A DNA stretch of 58,851 bases. Origin: Paracoccaceae bacterium. Its GTDB lineage: Bacteria > Pseudomonadota > Alphaproteobacteria > Rhodobacterales > Rhodobacteraceae. The notes beneath the pieces were generated by a model. The model searched no databases. It was not told where the DNA came from and saw nothing but the letters and a program-made list of their open reading frames with translations. The position numbers were made by a program, and so were the translations under genes. Of this stretch, positions 19,086 to 28,443 are shown in pieces (position 1 is the first letter of the stretch; each line of letters opens with the position of its first letter). The DNA lies in the NCBI GenBank assembly GCA_013139635.1, contig WTAL01000163.1, forward strand, positions 1 to 58,851, read 5' to 3'.

Positions 19086-20188
19086 AAAAGCTCGTTTTCA
19101 TCATGGTGCTTATAGCAAGCACGGCTTTTGCTCAGCAAGACCCGGTGCTGGCTTTGCGAGATGCCTCCAGCCAGATTGAGGCGGCGAGGGTGTCCTTGGC
19201 TGCCGCCAATGAGAACGAAGACCGGATTGGCGCGCTCTCATTGTCTATTCGCAGCTTGGAGGACGGGCTGGGCTCTTTGCGGCTGGCGCTTCAGGCTTCC
19301 AAAGCAGAGGAAACGGCAAAGCAGGCCGAGATGATGAGTAATCGAGAGGAGTTTGGCCGGTTGCTTGCGACCTTGATTGCCCTGCAAAATACGCCCGCCA
19401 CGCTTTCGGTTTTGCACCCCGAGGGTGCCACGGCTTCGGCACGGGCGGGGCAAATGCTCACGGCGGTTACGCCCGCGCTTCGCGCAGAGGCCAACCGGAT
19501 TCGAGGCGAGCTCGCCACGCTTTCGGCCCTTAATTCGCTGCATGATACGGCGCTTGCAAATATGCAAGCCGCGCTTGGCAGCTTGCAAATGGCGCGTAAT
19601 GCGCTCACCGTTGCGATCCGGGAAGAGCAGCCGTTGGCGGAAGATACTGTTTCACAAGCGGGGCTGGCGCAGTTGGCGAAAGCGAGCCAGGATTTGACCG
19701 CATTGGCGCGCGCCTTGAAAGCCCGCTTTCCAGAGGGTGCAGGCGTAGCCAATACTGAAAATATGCGCGGGCGCCTTCCGATGCCGCTTACCGGCACCAT
19801 TACGCGGCGGTTTAACCAGCCCAACGGGGCGGGCATTCGCCAGCCCGGCATTGTGGTAACGGCCCCGGCGCTTTCACTGGTTTTGGCCCCGCAGGCCGGG
19901 ATCGTCCGGTTTTCGGGCGATTTTTTAGAATACGGGCAAGTGGTTATTTTGGAACCCGCCCCCGATCAGCTGCAAATCTATGCCGGATTCGGACAAGTTT
20001 ACGTGAGATCGGGAGAAGTGCTTGAATCTGGCACCGCAATGGGGCTTCTTGGGGGAGAGATGCCGGATTCCGCCGAGTTTTTGGCTGAAAGTGGCAGTGA
20101 AAATGACAAGGGTGCCGAAAGCCTCTATATAGAGATTCGGGAAAATGGAATGCCGGTGAACCCCGAAACGTGGTTCGCCACCAATTAG
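19082..20188 (+). CDS. EnvC-like murein hydrolase activator (coiled coil + degenerate LytM/M23 domain)
   Basis: TTG start overlapping the gpmI stop (TTGA). Signal peptide MKKLVFIMVLIASTAFAQQ, long coiled coil, and a C-terminal LytM-like fold without catalytic His residues. Confidence 0.78.
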   Translation: MKKLVFIMVLIASTAFAQQDPVLALRDASSQIEAARVSLAAANENEDRIGALSLSIRSLEDGLGSLRLALQASKAEETAKQAEMMSNREEFGRLLATLIALQNTPATLSVLHPEGATASARAGQMLTAVTPALRAEANRIRGELATLSALNSLHDTALANMQAALGSLQMARNALTVAIREEQPLAEDTVSQAGLAQLAKASQDLTALARALKARFPEGAGVANTENMRGRLPMPLTGTITRRFNQPNGAGIRQPGIVVTAPALSLVLAPQAGIVRFSGDFLEYGQVVILEPAPDQLQIYAGFGQVYVRSGEVLESGTAMGLLGGEMPDSAEFLAESGSENDKGAESLYIEIRENGMPVNPETWFATN

Positions 20189-20201
20189 ACAGGATTGACT
20201 T

Positions 20202-21530
20202 ATGAATAAATATTGGATGGCGGCAGTGGGCGGCATTACAGCGGGACTAATAACCAGCACGCAATTTGCCCTGCCGAGCTTTGCGCAAGAGGCTGATCAA
20301 ACAACGTCGACCTATGAACAGCTTGATCTGTTTGGCGATATTTTCGAGCGCATTCGCTCGGCCTATGTGGATGATGTGGATGACCAGGAGCTGATAAGGG
20401 CTGCGATCAACGGTATGTTGATCTCGCTGGACCCGCACTCCAGCTATTTGCCACCGCAGAACTATGAAGAAATGCAGTTTGATACGCGCGGCGAATTTGG
20501 CGGGCTGGGCATTGAAGTAACGCAGGAAGAGGGCTGGGTGAAGGTGGTTTCACCCATGGATGGCACGCCTGCGGACGATGCTGGTATTCAGGCGGGCGAT
20601 TTTATTTCGGCGGTAAACGGCGAGCCGACGTTGGGCCTAACGCTGAACGAAGCGGTAGACCTGATGCGCGGGCCGGTTGGCTCTGATATTACGCTCACTA
20701 TTGTGCGGGATATTACAGCCGAGCCATTTGAAGTGACCCTGACGCGGGCCATTATTAAGCTGACAGCGGCGCGTGTGCGCACCGAGGGCCGCACCATTGT
20801 GATGCGCGTAACCACGTTTAATGAGCAGAGCTACCCCAACATGGCCGAGGGCATGGCGCGCGAAATCGAGGCTGCTGGTGGTATCGAGAATATCGACGGT
20901 TTTGTGCTTGATTTGCGCAATAACCCTGGCGGGCTGCTGAGCGAGGCTATTAGCATCTCTGATGCGTTCCTTAATGAGGGCGAAATTGTTTCGACCCGAG
21001 GCCGCAATGACCGGGATTCCAACCGATTTAGTGCTTCTGAGGGGGACCTGACCGAGGGTAAGCCCTTGGTCGTGCTCATTAATGGCGGTTCTGCTTCGGC
21101 CTCTGAAATTGTGGCCGGCGCGCTGCAAGACCATCAGCGCGCAGTGGTTGTGGGCACCAAGAGCTTTGGCAAGGGCTCGGTGCAAACCATTATGCCGATG
21201 CAGGGTAACGGCGCTATTCGCCTGACAACCGCGCGCTACTACACCCCTTCGGGCCGCTCCATTCAGGCGCTTGGCGTAGAGCCGGATATCATCGTGGATT
21301 ACGTGCCGCCTGCGCCAGTTGACCCAGATGCCGAAGATGGGCCGCAGCGGCGCTCGGAAGCCGACCTGCGCGGGGCTATTTCTAACGATAGCCTGACAGA
21401 AGATGAGCGCGCTCAGCTAGAGGCCGACCGCGCGGCACAAGAGGCCGCCGCCAAGCTGAAAGTGCAAGATAACCAGCTGTCCTTTGCCATCGATCTGATC
21501 AAAGGCATCACGGTTTTTGGCGGGCGATAA
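20202..21530 (+). CDS. ctpA: carboxy-terminal processing protease (S41)
   Basis: PDZ (GTPADDAGIQAGDFISAVNGE), LDLRNNPGGLL, and the catalytic region GGSASASEIVAGALQD...GTKSFGKGSVQ. Confidence 0.92.
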   Translation: MNKYWMAAVGGITAGLITSTQFALPSFAQEADQTTSTYEQLDLFGDIFERIRSAYVDDVDDQELIRAAINGMLISLDPHSSYLPPQNYEEMQFDTRGEFGGLGIEVTQEEGWVKVVSPMDGTPADDAGIQAGDFISAVNGEPTLGLTLNEAVDLMRGPVGSDITLTIVRDITAEPFEVTLTRAIIKLTAARVRTEGRTIVMRVTTFNEQSYPNMAEGMAREIEAAGGIENIDGFVLDLRNNPGGLLSEAISISDAFLNEGEIVSTRGRNDRDSNRFSASEGDLTEGKPLVVLINGGSASASEIVAGALQDHQRAVVVGTKSFGKGSVQTIMPMQGNGAIRLTTARYYTPSGRSIQALGVEPDIIVDYVPPAPVDPDAEDGPQRRSEADLRGAISNDSLTEDERAQLEADRAAQEAAAKLKVQDNQLSFAIDLIKGITVFGGR

Positions 21531-21536
21531 AACGAA

Positions 21537-21566
21537 GGGGGGCTTTGGTGCCCCCCTGATTTTTTA
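21537..21566 (+). terminator. rho-independent terminator after ctpA
   Basis: GGGGGGC-tttggt-GCCCCCC stem-loop followed by tgaTTTTTTa. Confidence 0.7.
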
Positions 21567-21576
21567 GGGTTTTATT

Positions 21577-22074
21577 ATGACAGACGAAGAGTTTTTGGCG
21601 CTGCCTTATCGGCCCAATGCGGGGCTAATGCTGCTAAATAGTGCCGGAAAAGTGTTTGTGGGCAAGCGGATAGACACAGATGGTGAAGCTTGGCAAATGC
21701 CACAAGGCGGCATTGATAAAGGCGAGGACGCCAAAGCGGCGGCTTTGCGGGAACTGGAGGAAGAGACCGGCATTCCAGCCCGTTTGGTTGATATTATCTC
21801 GGTAACGGATGACTGGATAAAATATGATTTTCCGCGCGAGTTGGCGGCCAAGCTCTGGGTGCGGCGCTCAGGTGAGCCGCGCTATCGTGGGCAAAAGCAA
21901 CGCTGGTTTTTAATGCGGTTTACGGGGCAGGAAAGCGACGTAAACATCGCGACAGCTCATCCCGAGTTTTCGGAGTGGAAGTGGATGGACCCAGCCGATT
22001 TGCCGGACTTCATTGTTCCGTTTAAACGGGAAATTTACCGACAGGTTCTTGAAGAATTTTCGGGCTGGATTTAG
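21577..22074 (+). CDS. rppH: RNA pyrophosphohydrolase (Nudix)
   Basis: [11 protein letters not shown]...[28 protein letters not shown] (Nudix box), GQKQRWFL, and synteny after ctpA. Confidence 0.9.
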   Translation: MTDEEFLALPYRPNAGLMLLNSAGKVFVGKRIDTDGEAWQMPQGGIDKGEDAKAAALRELEEETGIPARLVDIISVTDDWIKYDFPRELAAKLWVRRSGEPRYRGQKQRWFLMRFTGQESDVNIATAHPEFSEWKWMDPADLPDFIVPFKREIYRQVLEEFSGWI

Positions 22075-22976
22075 CCGCGACTATCTAAAACACGTTGAAC
22101 CTGGCCCACCTGTGCTTTGGCAACAGGAATTTGTGTGCCGTTTTGTAAAGTGACAAAGTATCGCCCTGAGTTATTTTCAAGCGAAAGCATGGTGTTGTTC
22201 GCAACCCAGTGGGAGCGATGCACCCGAACGCCCGAATTTTCCGGCACAAGTTTTGTGGCGTCTGTCATAGACAGGCGCACCAAATGGGAGCCTTTTTCTG
22301 TGGTGATTTTTACATAATGGTCTTGCGCAGAAACCGCGATGAGCGGCCCGATTTTGTCTATCGGTAAATACTTTTGAATGGTTGGGCTTTGCTGCCTACT
22401 TTTATGCTTCCGAAAGCACATTACTTGGTGTGTTCTGGCATGAACGAAGGGCAGTGCTAGCGCATAAAACACAAAAATCTTCCAGAAAAGATCATCAAAA
22501 TACAGAATGCCACCAGTGTAAAAATAGTTGGGAATCGCGGGTTCAATGATGCTGAATATGATTGAGGACAGCACTACATTCACGGCCACAAGTGCCCAGA
22601 TACTGATTGAGAATATGAGATGAATCGGCACTAAAGCCAATAAAAGAACGTAAGGAATAGCGGCGGCCAATAGGGCTGCCAGCCCAATGACTACCGGCCG
22701 CCATGGGCCATAGTCAAACCCCGGCTCAGAAAAGGTGCCGGTTGCCAAAGATATGATCGTTAGGCCAAATATAATGGCATAAACATCGGTGTTATTACGG
22801 TGGATACGCAAGGTGATTTTTGCCGCGTCCCAAATGTCTTTTTTATCGAGGCGCTCTTTCTCTGCAATGCGTAGGAACACAGCCTCGAGGCTTACGATTG
22901 CATGGTCAAACGACGCTGCCTGCCAATTTTGGAAATTACCAAAACTGTGTTTTAGTGAGGTCAGAAATTGTTGCAA
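22071..22976 (-). CDS. membrane-fused LytTR DNA-binding protein
   Basis: N-terminal part with about 4 TM helices. C-terminal LytTR domain ([34 protein letters not shown]...[10 protein letters not shown]). The start is uncertain (TTG at 22976, no early ATG). AT-rich. Confidence 0.72.
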   Translation of the reverse strand: MQQFLTSLKHSFGNFQNWQAASFDHAIVSLEAVFLRIAEKERLDKKDIWDAAKITLRIHRNNTDVYAIIFGLTIISLATGTFSEPGFDYGPWRPVVIGLAALLAAAIPYVLLLALVPIHLIFSISIWALVAVNVVLSSIIFSIIEPAIPNYFYTGGILYFDDLFWKIFVFYALALPFVHARTHQVMCFRKHKSRQQSPTIQKYLPIDKIGPLIAVSAQDHYVKITTEKGSHLVRLSMTDATKLVPENSGVRVHRSHWVANNTMLSLENNSGRYFVTLQNGTQIPVAKAQVGQVQRVLDSRG

Positions 22977-23037
22977 TTTTGTTCCGTTTTCGAATGGTTT
23001 GACGCTTGCTATGAACCACAGGCACCTGAAAGTATTT

Positions 23038-23068
23038 TACATTTACAAGTGATGAAACCTACATTTAC
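23038..23068. promoter_or_regulatory. 9-bp direct-repeat pair upstream of the LytTR gene (candidate LytTR box)
   Basis: TACATTTAC occurs at 23038-23046 and again at 23060-23068 (13-nt spacer, 22-nt period). This is 62-92 nt upstream of the ORF start at 22976. Confidence 0.35.
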
Positions 23069-23174
23069 CAATTAGATCGCCGTATTATCCTCACTATTCA
23101 ACACAAAAACACATGAAATGGAAGTGAATTGTTGTTTTGTACATTAAGCGAATAAGGCACCTGTGGAATACTGC

Positions 23175-23762
23175 TTAAAGCTGACTTGCTTGGATGAAGG
23201 GAAAGAATTGCCCGTCGGACCAAACCCCTAACCAGTCTTCACCCTGGTGGGTGTGCGTCTGCGCCAGATCAACCAACCGATAAAAGCTTTTGCGATCAAT
23301 CCGGGCCTCCAAATTGGCGCGCACAAGCAAATAGGGTGCGGGTTCACCTTTTGCATTGAACTCGATGCGCATTGGGTGCGCGGGCCCGAGCGGCACCCGA
23401 TCTCCAACATTGGTTTCGAAAACAATCGAATTTTGTTCGACGTTAAAATCTAGCGCTAAAAAAGGCACGTCATCCACCTTAATGCCGACCTTCTCCACGG
23501 GCGTAACGAGGAAATAATCCTCACCTTCCCGCTTGATGATTGAAGCAAATAGCTTCACCAGCGGCAGACGGCCAATCGGGGTGCCGAGGTAAAACCACGT
23601 GCCGTCCCGCGCAATGCGCATATCAAGGTCGCCACAAAACTCGGGGTTCCACAAATGCACAGGTGCCGGGCCGCGCTTGGCAAAGTGCTGGGCGGCGCCC
23701 GCAAGGCTGTCAGCGCTCGGCTTCACGGTATTCTGATCAGGTTTGCTCATGTTTTTACCCAA
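23175..23762 (-). CDS. DUF1285-like protein
   Basis: 195 aa. FCGDLDMRIARDGTWFYLGTPIGRLPLVKLFASIIKREGEDYFLVTPVEK matches my memory of DUF1285. Confidence 0.75.
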   Translation of the reverse strand: MGKNMSKPDQNTVKPSADSLAGAAQHFAKRGPAPVHLWNPEFCGDLDMRIARDGTWFYLGTPIGRLPLVKLFASIIKREGEDYFLVTPVEKVGIKVDDVPFLALDFNVEQNSIVFETNVGDRVPLGPAHPMRIEFNAKGEPAPYLLVRANLEARIDRKSFYRLVDLAQTHTHQGEDWLGVWSDGQFFPFIQASQL

Positions 23763-23852
23763 AATCGGTAGTTTTCAGCCGAGATACTCGCAGCTTTGCT
23801 AGACGAATCTACTGCGGTGGTTAAACTGGCGCAAATTAAAAAGGAATTTATA

Positions 23853-24854
23853 ATGTCAGATACCGCCTCCGTTGAGCAGATTAAAGACCTGAGTCGCCAG
23901 CTGAAAGATGCTAAAGCGATGATTGCGCGCAAGGTTATTGGCCAGCACGCGGTGGTGGACCAAACTTTGATGACCGTGCTTTGTGGCGGTCACGGCTTGT
24001 TGGTGGGCGTGCCTGGGCTGGCAAAAACCCTCCTCGTTGATACCCTTAGCACCGTGCTTGGCCTGCAATCCAACCGCGTGCAATTCACGCCAGACCTTAT
24101 GCCGTCTGACATTATCGGCTCGGAAGTGCTGGAAACCGCTGATGATGGCTCTCGCGCGTTTCGCTTTGTTAAAGGGCCGGTTTTTTGCCAGCTGATGATG
24201 GGTGACGAGATTAACCGCGCCAGCCCGCGCACGCAATCGGCCCTGCTGCAAGCCATGCAAGAGCACCACGTTACCGTGGCTGGTCAGCGGTTTGATTTGC
24301 CCGAGCCGTTTCACGTGCTCGCCACGCAAAACCCTGTTGAGCAGGAGGGGACCTATCCGCTGCCCGAAGCCCAGCTTGACCGGTTTTTGATGCAGATAGA
24401 CATTGATTATCCGACTTATGAAAACGAGCGCGCCATCATTTTGGCGACCACGGGCACGCGAAACACAGAGCTTGAGCCGGTGTTTAACACCGAACACCTG
24501 ATTGAAGCGCAGCTGCTTATTCGGCGGATGCCGGTGGGTGAGCAGGTGGTGGATATGATCCTTGATCTTGTGCGTTCGGCCCGCCCGGGGGAGGGCGCGA
24601 GCGAGCTGGTAAACAAAGCCGTTGTGTGGGGGCCGGGGCCACGAGCGGCGCAGGCACTTATGCTTTTGGTGCGGGCGCGGGCCTTGCTGGAAGGGCGGAT
24701 GGCCCCCTCGATTACTGATGTAGAAGCGCTGGCACGCCCTGTGCTTATCCACCGTATGGCGCTTGGGTTTGCGGCGCGGGCCGAGGGGATTACGCTGGAA
24801 GACATTATCGCGAACCTCGTGGCAGAGGCGGCCAGCCGGAGCGCCGCCGCGTGA
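23853..24854 (+). CDS. MoxR-family AAA+ ATPase
   Basis: ATG 23853 follows AAGGAA. GHGLLVGVPGLAKT (Walker A), FCQLMMGDEINRASPRTQSALLQAM (Walker B / sensor) and ATQNPVEQEGTYPLPEAQLDRF. Confidence 0.9.
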   Translation: MSDTASVEQIKDLSRQLKDAKAMIARKVIGQHAVVDQTLMTVLCGGHGLLVGVPGLAKTLLVDTLSTVLGLQSNRVQFTPDLMPSDIIGSEVLETADDGSRAFRFVKGPVFCQLMMGDEINRASPRTQSALLQAMQEHHVTVAGQRFDLPEPFHVLATQNPVEQEGTYPLPEAQLDRFLMQIDIDYPTYENERAIILATTGTRNTELEPVFNTEHLIEAQLLIRRMPVGEQVVDMILDLVRSARPGEGASELVNKAVVWGPGPRAAQALMLLVRARALLEGRMAPSITDVEALARPVLIHRMALGFAARAEGITLEDIIANLVAEAASRSAAA

Positions 24855-25729
24855 GCCAAACCCCGCAATTTTTAAGGGCCGAAGCGCAAGCGCTTTCTGG
24901 CGCGCTGCCCCCGCTTTTGGCGGATGCAGAGCGGTTGGCCGCCAATGTGGCCATGGGCGCGCATGGCCGTAGGCGCGCGGGCAGTGGCGAGAGCTTCTGG
25001 CAATATCGCCACGCAATGCCGGGCGATAACCTTGCGAGCATTGACTGGCGGCGCTCGGCCCAAGGGGATGCGCTTTTTATTCGTGAGCGCGAATGGGAGG
25101 CCAGCCAAACCATTGGTTTTTGGGTCGACCCCTCGCAAGCGATGGACTACCACAGCGCCAAGCACGTGCCAAAATCCACCCGCGCCAAGGTGTTGGCTTT
25201 GGCATGCGCGAGCCTGCTTAGCCGCGCGGGCGAAAGGGTGAGCCTACTCGCGACCGCCGCCCCGCGGCCAGGGTTTGGCCAAGCGAAACTTCACCAAATG
25301 GCCGTGGCGCTGGCTGATCTTGGCCAAAGCAGTGATTACGGCATTCTGCCGCCCCCGCACGGTGCGCGCGGCGGCCACCGCCTGTTTTTCTCTGATTTTA
25401 TGGGCGCGGAAGATGATATTTTTCCTGCGCTGAAAGCCCATGCCGAAGCCGGAAATGATGGCGCCCTCATCCATATTCTGGACCCCTCAGAGGAGGCCTT
25501 CCCCTATGATGGCCGCATCATTTTTGAAAGCATGGGCGGGGCGATAGATTTTGAAACTCGCCGCGCTAAAGCCCTGCGCGAGGCCTATCAAGAACGCTTA
25601 GACGCCCGCTCCGCTATGCTGAAAGACTGGGCACATCGCGCCGGATGGCATTACCTGCGGCACTCTACCGGCGATAACCCGCAAGCCGCTTTACTGTGGC
25701 TTTTCAGTGCTTTGGGGGTCAAAAGGTGA
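24851..25729 (+). CDS. DUF58 (vWA-like) protein
   Basis: GTG start overlapping the MoxR stop (GTGA). FWQYRHAMPGDNLASIDWRRSA is the typical DUF58 core. This is the usual MoxR partner. Confidence 0.85.
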   Translation: MSQTPQFLRAEAQALSGALPPLLADAERLAANVAMGAHGRRRAGSGESFWQYRHAMPGDNLASIDWRRSAQGDALFIREREWEASQTIGFWVDPSQAMDYHSAKHVPKSTRAKVLALACASLLSRAGERVSLLATAAPRPGFGQAKLHQMAVALADLGQSSDYGILPPPHGARGGHRLFFSDFMGAEDDIFPALKAHAEAGNDGALIHILDPSEEAFPYDGRIIFESMGGAIDFETRRAKALREAYQERLDARSAMLKDWAHRAGWHYLRHSTGDNPQAALLWLFSALGVKR

Positions 25730-28443
25730 TCGGATTTCTTAACCCGCTTATCCTGCTGGGCCTGCTCGCCTTGCCGCTGCTTTGGTGGCTGCTGCGCGCC
25801 GTGCCGCCTGCGCCTTCGCGCCGCCGCTTCCCCGGTGTGCGGCTGCTGCTGGGCCTGAAAGACCCCGAAAGCACCCCCGACCACACCCCGTGGTGGCTAC
25901 TGCTTTTGCGCCTATCCGCGCTCGCCGCCGCCATTATCGCCTTTGCCGAGCCGGTGCTGAATCCGCGCGTGCAGGTCGCGGGCTCTGGCCGTTTGCTCGT
26001 GCTGCTTGACGGTGGCTGGGCGTCTGCGCCTGATTGGCGCCAGCGCCTCACCAAGGTTGAGGAGGTCCTCGCCAGTGCCAACCGCCCCGTGGCCCTACGT
26101 TTGCTCACATCCCCGCTGCCTGCCGAGGGAGACCTCGGCTTCACCGCGGCCAAAGATCTCGCGCCGATTGTGCAATCCTTCACCCCTGCGCCCTTCGCGC
26201 CAAACCGTGAGGCCTTTGCCAACTGGCTGGCTGAAAACCCGCAGGAGCCGTTTGAAACCTTATGGCTTTCTGACGGTATCGGAGACGCAGGAACCCTTGC
26301 CCGCGCCTTGAAAGCGCAGGGCAACGTAACGCTTGTTACCAGCCATTTCCCAGCGCTTTCCCTTCTGCCTGCCCGCATTGAATCCGAGCTGCTCGTGGCC
26401 CCTGTACATCGGGTCAATACCGAGGCCAGCCAAACCGTGCCGCTCATCGCCATTGGCCCTTCGCCAGATGGCATTGAGCAGGTGCTTTGGCGCACCGAGG
26501 CCCGTTTTGAGGCGGGGCAATCCGAGGCCAGCGCGCCCTTTGATATGCCCTTTGAGCTGCGCAACCGCATTAAGCGCATTGCCCTTGCCGAGGGCGTTTC
26601 TGCTGGCGGCGTTGTGCTGGCAGATAGCGGCCTTATCCGCCGTAAAGTGGCGCTTTATACCCCGCGCGACAGCCAAGAAGGCCCGCAACTTGTTGACCCG
26701 CTGTTTTTCCTGAAAAAGGCGCTGGAGCCGTCTTCGCAAGTGATACGAGGCACGCTGGACGATATTTTGCTAGCGGTGCCAGATGTGCTGATCCTTGCCG
26801 ATGTGGCCGCGCTGCCAGAGGAAGATACCAAACGAGTGATGGCATGGGTGGAAGAGGGCGGCACGCTGTTGCGCTTTGCCGGCCCGCGCCTCGCCGCCGC
26901 CTCGCGTGATCTTACGGTGGTTGACCCGCTTTTGCCGGTGCGCCTGCGCGCTGGCGGCCGCCAGCTTGGCGGCGCGATGACATGGGACACCCCAAAACGC
27001 CTACGGCCTTTTCCTGCGGAAAGCCCGTTTGCGGGCTTAAGCGTGCCGGAAGATGTAGAGGTTATGGCGCAGGTGCTGGCCCAGCCGGGGCCTAACCTTG
27101 CAGGCAAGGTAATGGCCGCGCTGGAAGACGGTACGCCGCTGGTCACCTCGGCGCGCCGTGAGCAGGGGCGTATCGTGCTTTTCCACGTTACGGCCAATGC
27201 CGAATGGTCCAACCTGCCGCTTTCGGGCCTGTTTGTAGACATGCTCACGCGGCTTTCGGTTTCGGCCCGCAATGGCGCGGCCTCGGCTGATGAATTGGCT
27301 GGGCAAAACTGGCTGCTGACCCGCGCGCTAGATGGCTTTGGCAACCTAATAGATGCCGCGCCTTCCAGCGCTGTTTCTGGTGAAACGCTGGCGAGCAGCC
27401 CCCGCACGGCCACCACCCCGCCGGGCTATTACCAGAGCGCCGAGCGCGAGGTTGCGATTAACCTGCTAACGGCAGAAACCCTGCCGCAAGCGCTTTCCGG
27501 CCTGCCTTTGGGCATTGCGCGTGAGGGGTTTGAAACCCAGCCCGAAACGCCGCTCAAGCCACCATTCTTGCTAGCGGCCCTCCTGCTGCTCACGCTGGAT
27601 ATCCTCGCCTCGCTGTTTATTTCGGGGCGGCTTACGGGCGGGGCGCAGGCGGCGCTTTTGGCGCTGTTGCTGGTGCCTGCTCCGCAAGCCAAAGCGCAAG
27701 ACGAGCGCGCCTTGCTGGCCGCCGATAATACGGTGCTGGCCTATGTGCTCACGGGTGATACCCGCACCGACGAAATTTCCCGCGCGGGGCTTTATGGCCT
27801 TTCCCGCACGCTTTTTGAGCGCACATCCATAGAGCCGGTTGACCCTATTTCAGTAGATATCGAGATACATGATATCTCGCTTATTCCCTTCCTTTACTGG
27901 CCGATTTCTGATCAGCAAACCCCGCTTAGCCCACTGGCCGTTTCCAAGGTTAACAGCTATTTTCGCAATGGTGGCATGATCATGTTTGATACCCGTGATG
28001 CCCAACTTGGGGCAGGGTCTATTAACGGGGCCGCCCTTCAGCGCCTTACCAGCCAGCTCGAGATTCCGCCACTTGCGCCGATCGAATCTGACCACGTGCT
28101 TACTCGCAGTTTTTACCTGCTGGAGGTTTTTCCCGGTCGCTGGGCCAAGGGACAGCTTTGGGTGGAGGCCCCGAGTAACCTGACGACGATAGAGGGCGCA
28201 CCATTTCGCAACCTGAATGATGGCGTGACCCCGGTGGTGATCGGCAGCAATGATTTTGCCAGCGCGTGGGCGATAAACCCGCAGGGCCGCCCGATGTATC
28301 CGGTGGGCACGGGCGCGCGGGGCGAGCGGCAGCGCGAGCTGGCCAAGCGTTTTGGCGTTAACCTGATTATGTATGTGATGACGGGCAACTATAAATCAGA
28401 TCAAGTGCATGTGCCCGCCTTGCTGGAAAGGTTGGGCCAATGA
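25726..28443 (+). CDS. BatA-type N-terminal double-TM domain + C-terminal DUF4159 protein
   Basis: GTG at 25726 overlaps the DUF58 stop (GTGA). The N-terminus LNPLILLGLLALPLLWWLLRAVPP is of the aerotolerance-regulator type. The C-terminus (FLYWPISDQ...GGMIMFDTRD...VVIGSNDFASAWA...NLIMYVMTGNYKSDQVHVPALLERLG) is DUF4159-like. Confidence 0.8.
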   Translation: MIGFLNPLILLGLLALPLLWWLLRAVPPAPSRRRFPGVRLLLGLKDPESTPDHTPWWLLLLRLSALAAAIIAFAEPVLNPRVQVAGSGRLLVLLDGGWASAPDWRQRLTKVEEVLASANRPVALRLLTSPLPAEGDLGFTAAKDLAPIVQSFTPAPFAPNREAFANWLAENPQEPFETLWLSDGIGDAGTLARALKAQGNVTLVTSHFPALSLLPARIESELLVAPVHRVNTEASQTVPLIAIGPSPDGIEQVLWRTEARFEAGQSEASAPFDMPFELRNRIKRIALAEGVSAGGVVLADSGLIRRKVALYTPRDSQEGPQLVDPLFFLKKALEPSSQVIRGTLDDILLAVPDVLILADVAALPEEDTKRVMAWVEEGGTLLRFAGPRLAAASRDLTVVDPLLPVRLRAGGRQLGGAMTWDTPKRLRPFPAESPFAGLSVPEDVEVMAQVLAQPGPNLAGKVMAALEDGTPLVTSARREQGRIVLFHVTANAEWSNLPLSGLFVDMLTRLSVSARNGAASADELAGQNWLLTRALDGFGNLIDAAPSSAVSGETLASSPRTATTPPGYYQSAEREVAINLLTAETLPQALSGLPLGIAREGFETQPETPLKPPFLLAALLLLTLDILASLFISGRLTGGAQAALLALLLVPAPQAKAQDERALLAADNTVLAYVLTGDTRTDEISRAGLYGLSRTLFERTSIEPVDPISVDIEIHDISLIPFLYWPISDQQTPLSPLAVSKVNSYFRNGGMIMFDTRDAQLGAGSINGAALQRLTSQLEIPPLAPIESDHVLTRSFYLLEVFPGRWAKGQLWVEAPSNLTTIEGAPFRNLNDGVTPVVIGSNDFASAWAINPQGRPMYPVGTGARGERQRELAKRFGVNLIMYVMTGNYKSDQVHVPALLERLGQ

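Noticed and set aside
23856-25016. 386-aa minus-strand ORF over the MoxR and DUF58 genes
   Set aside because: It is an Arg/His/Pro-rich shadow frame. The plus strand has AAA+ Walker motifs.
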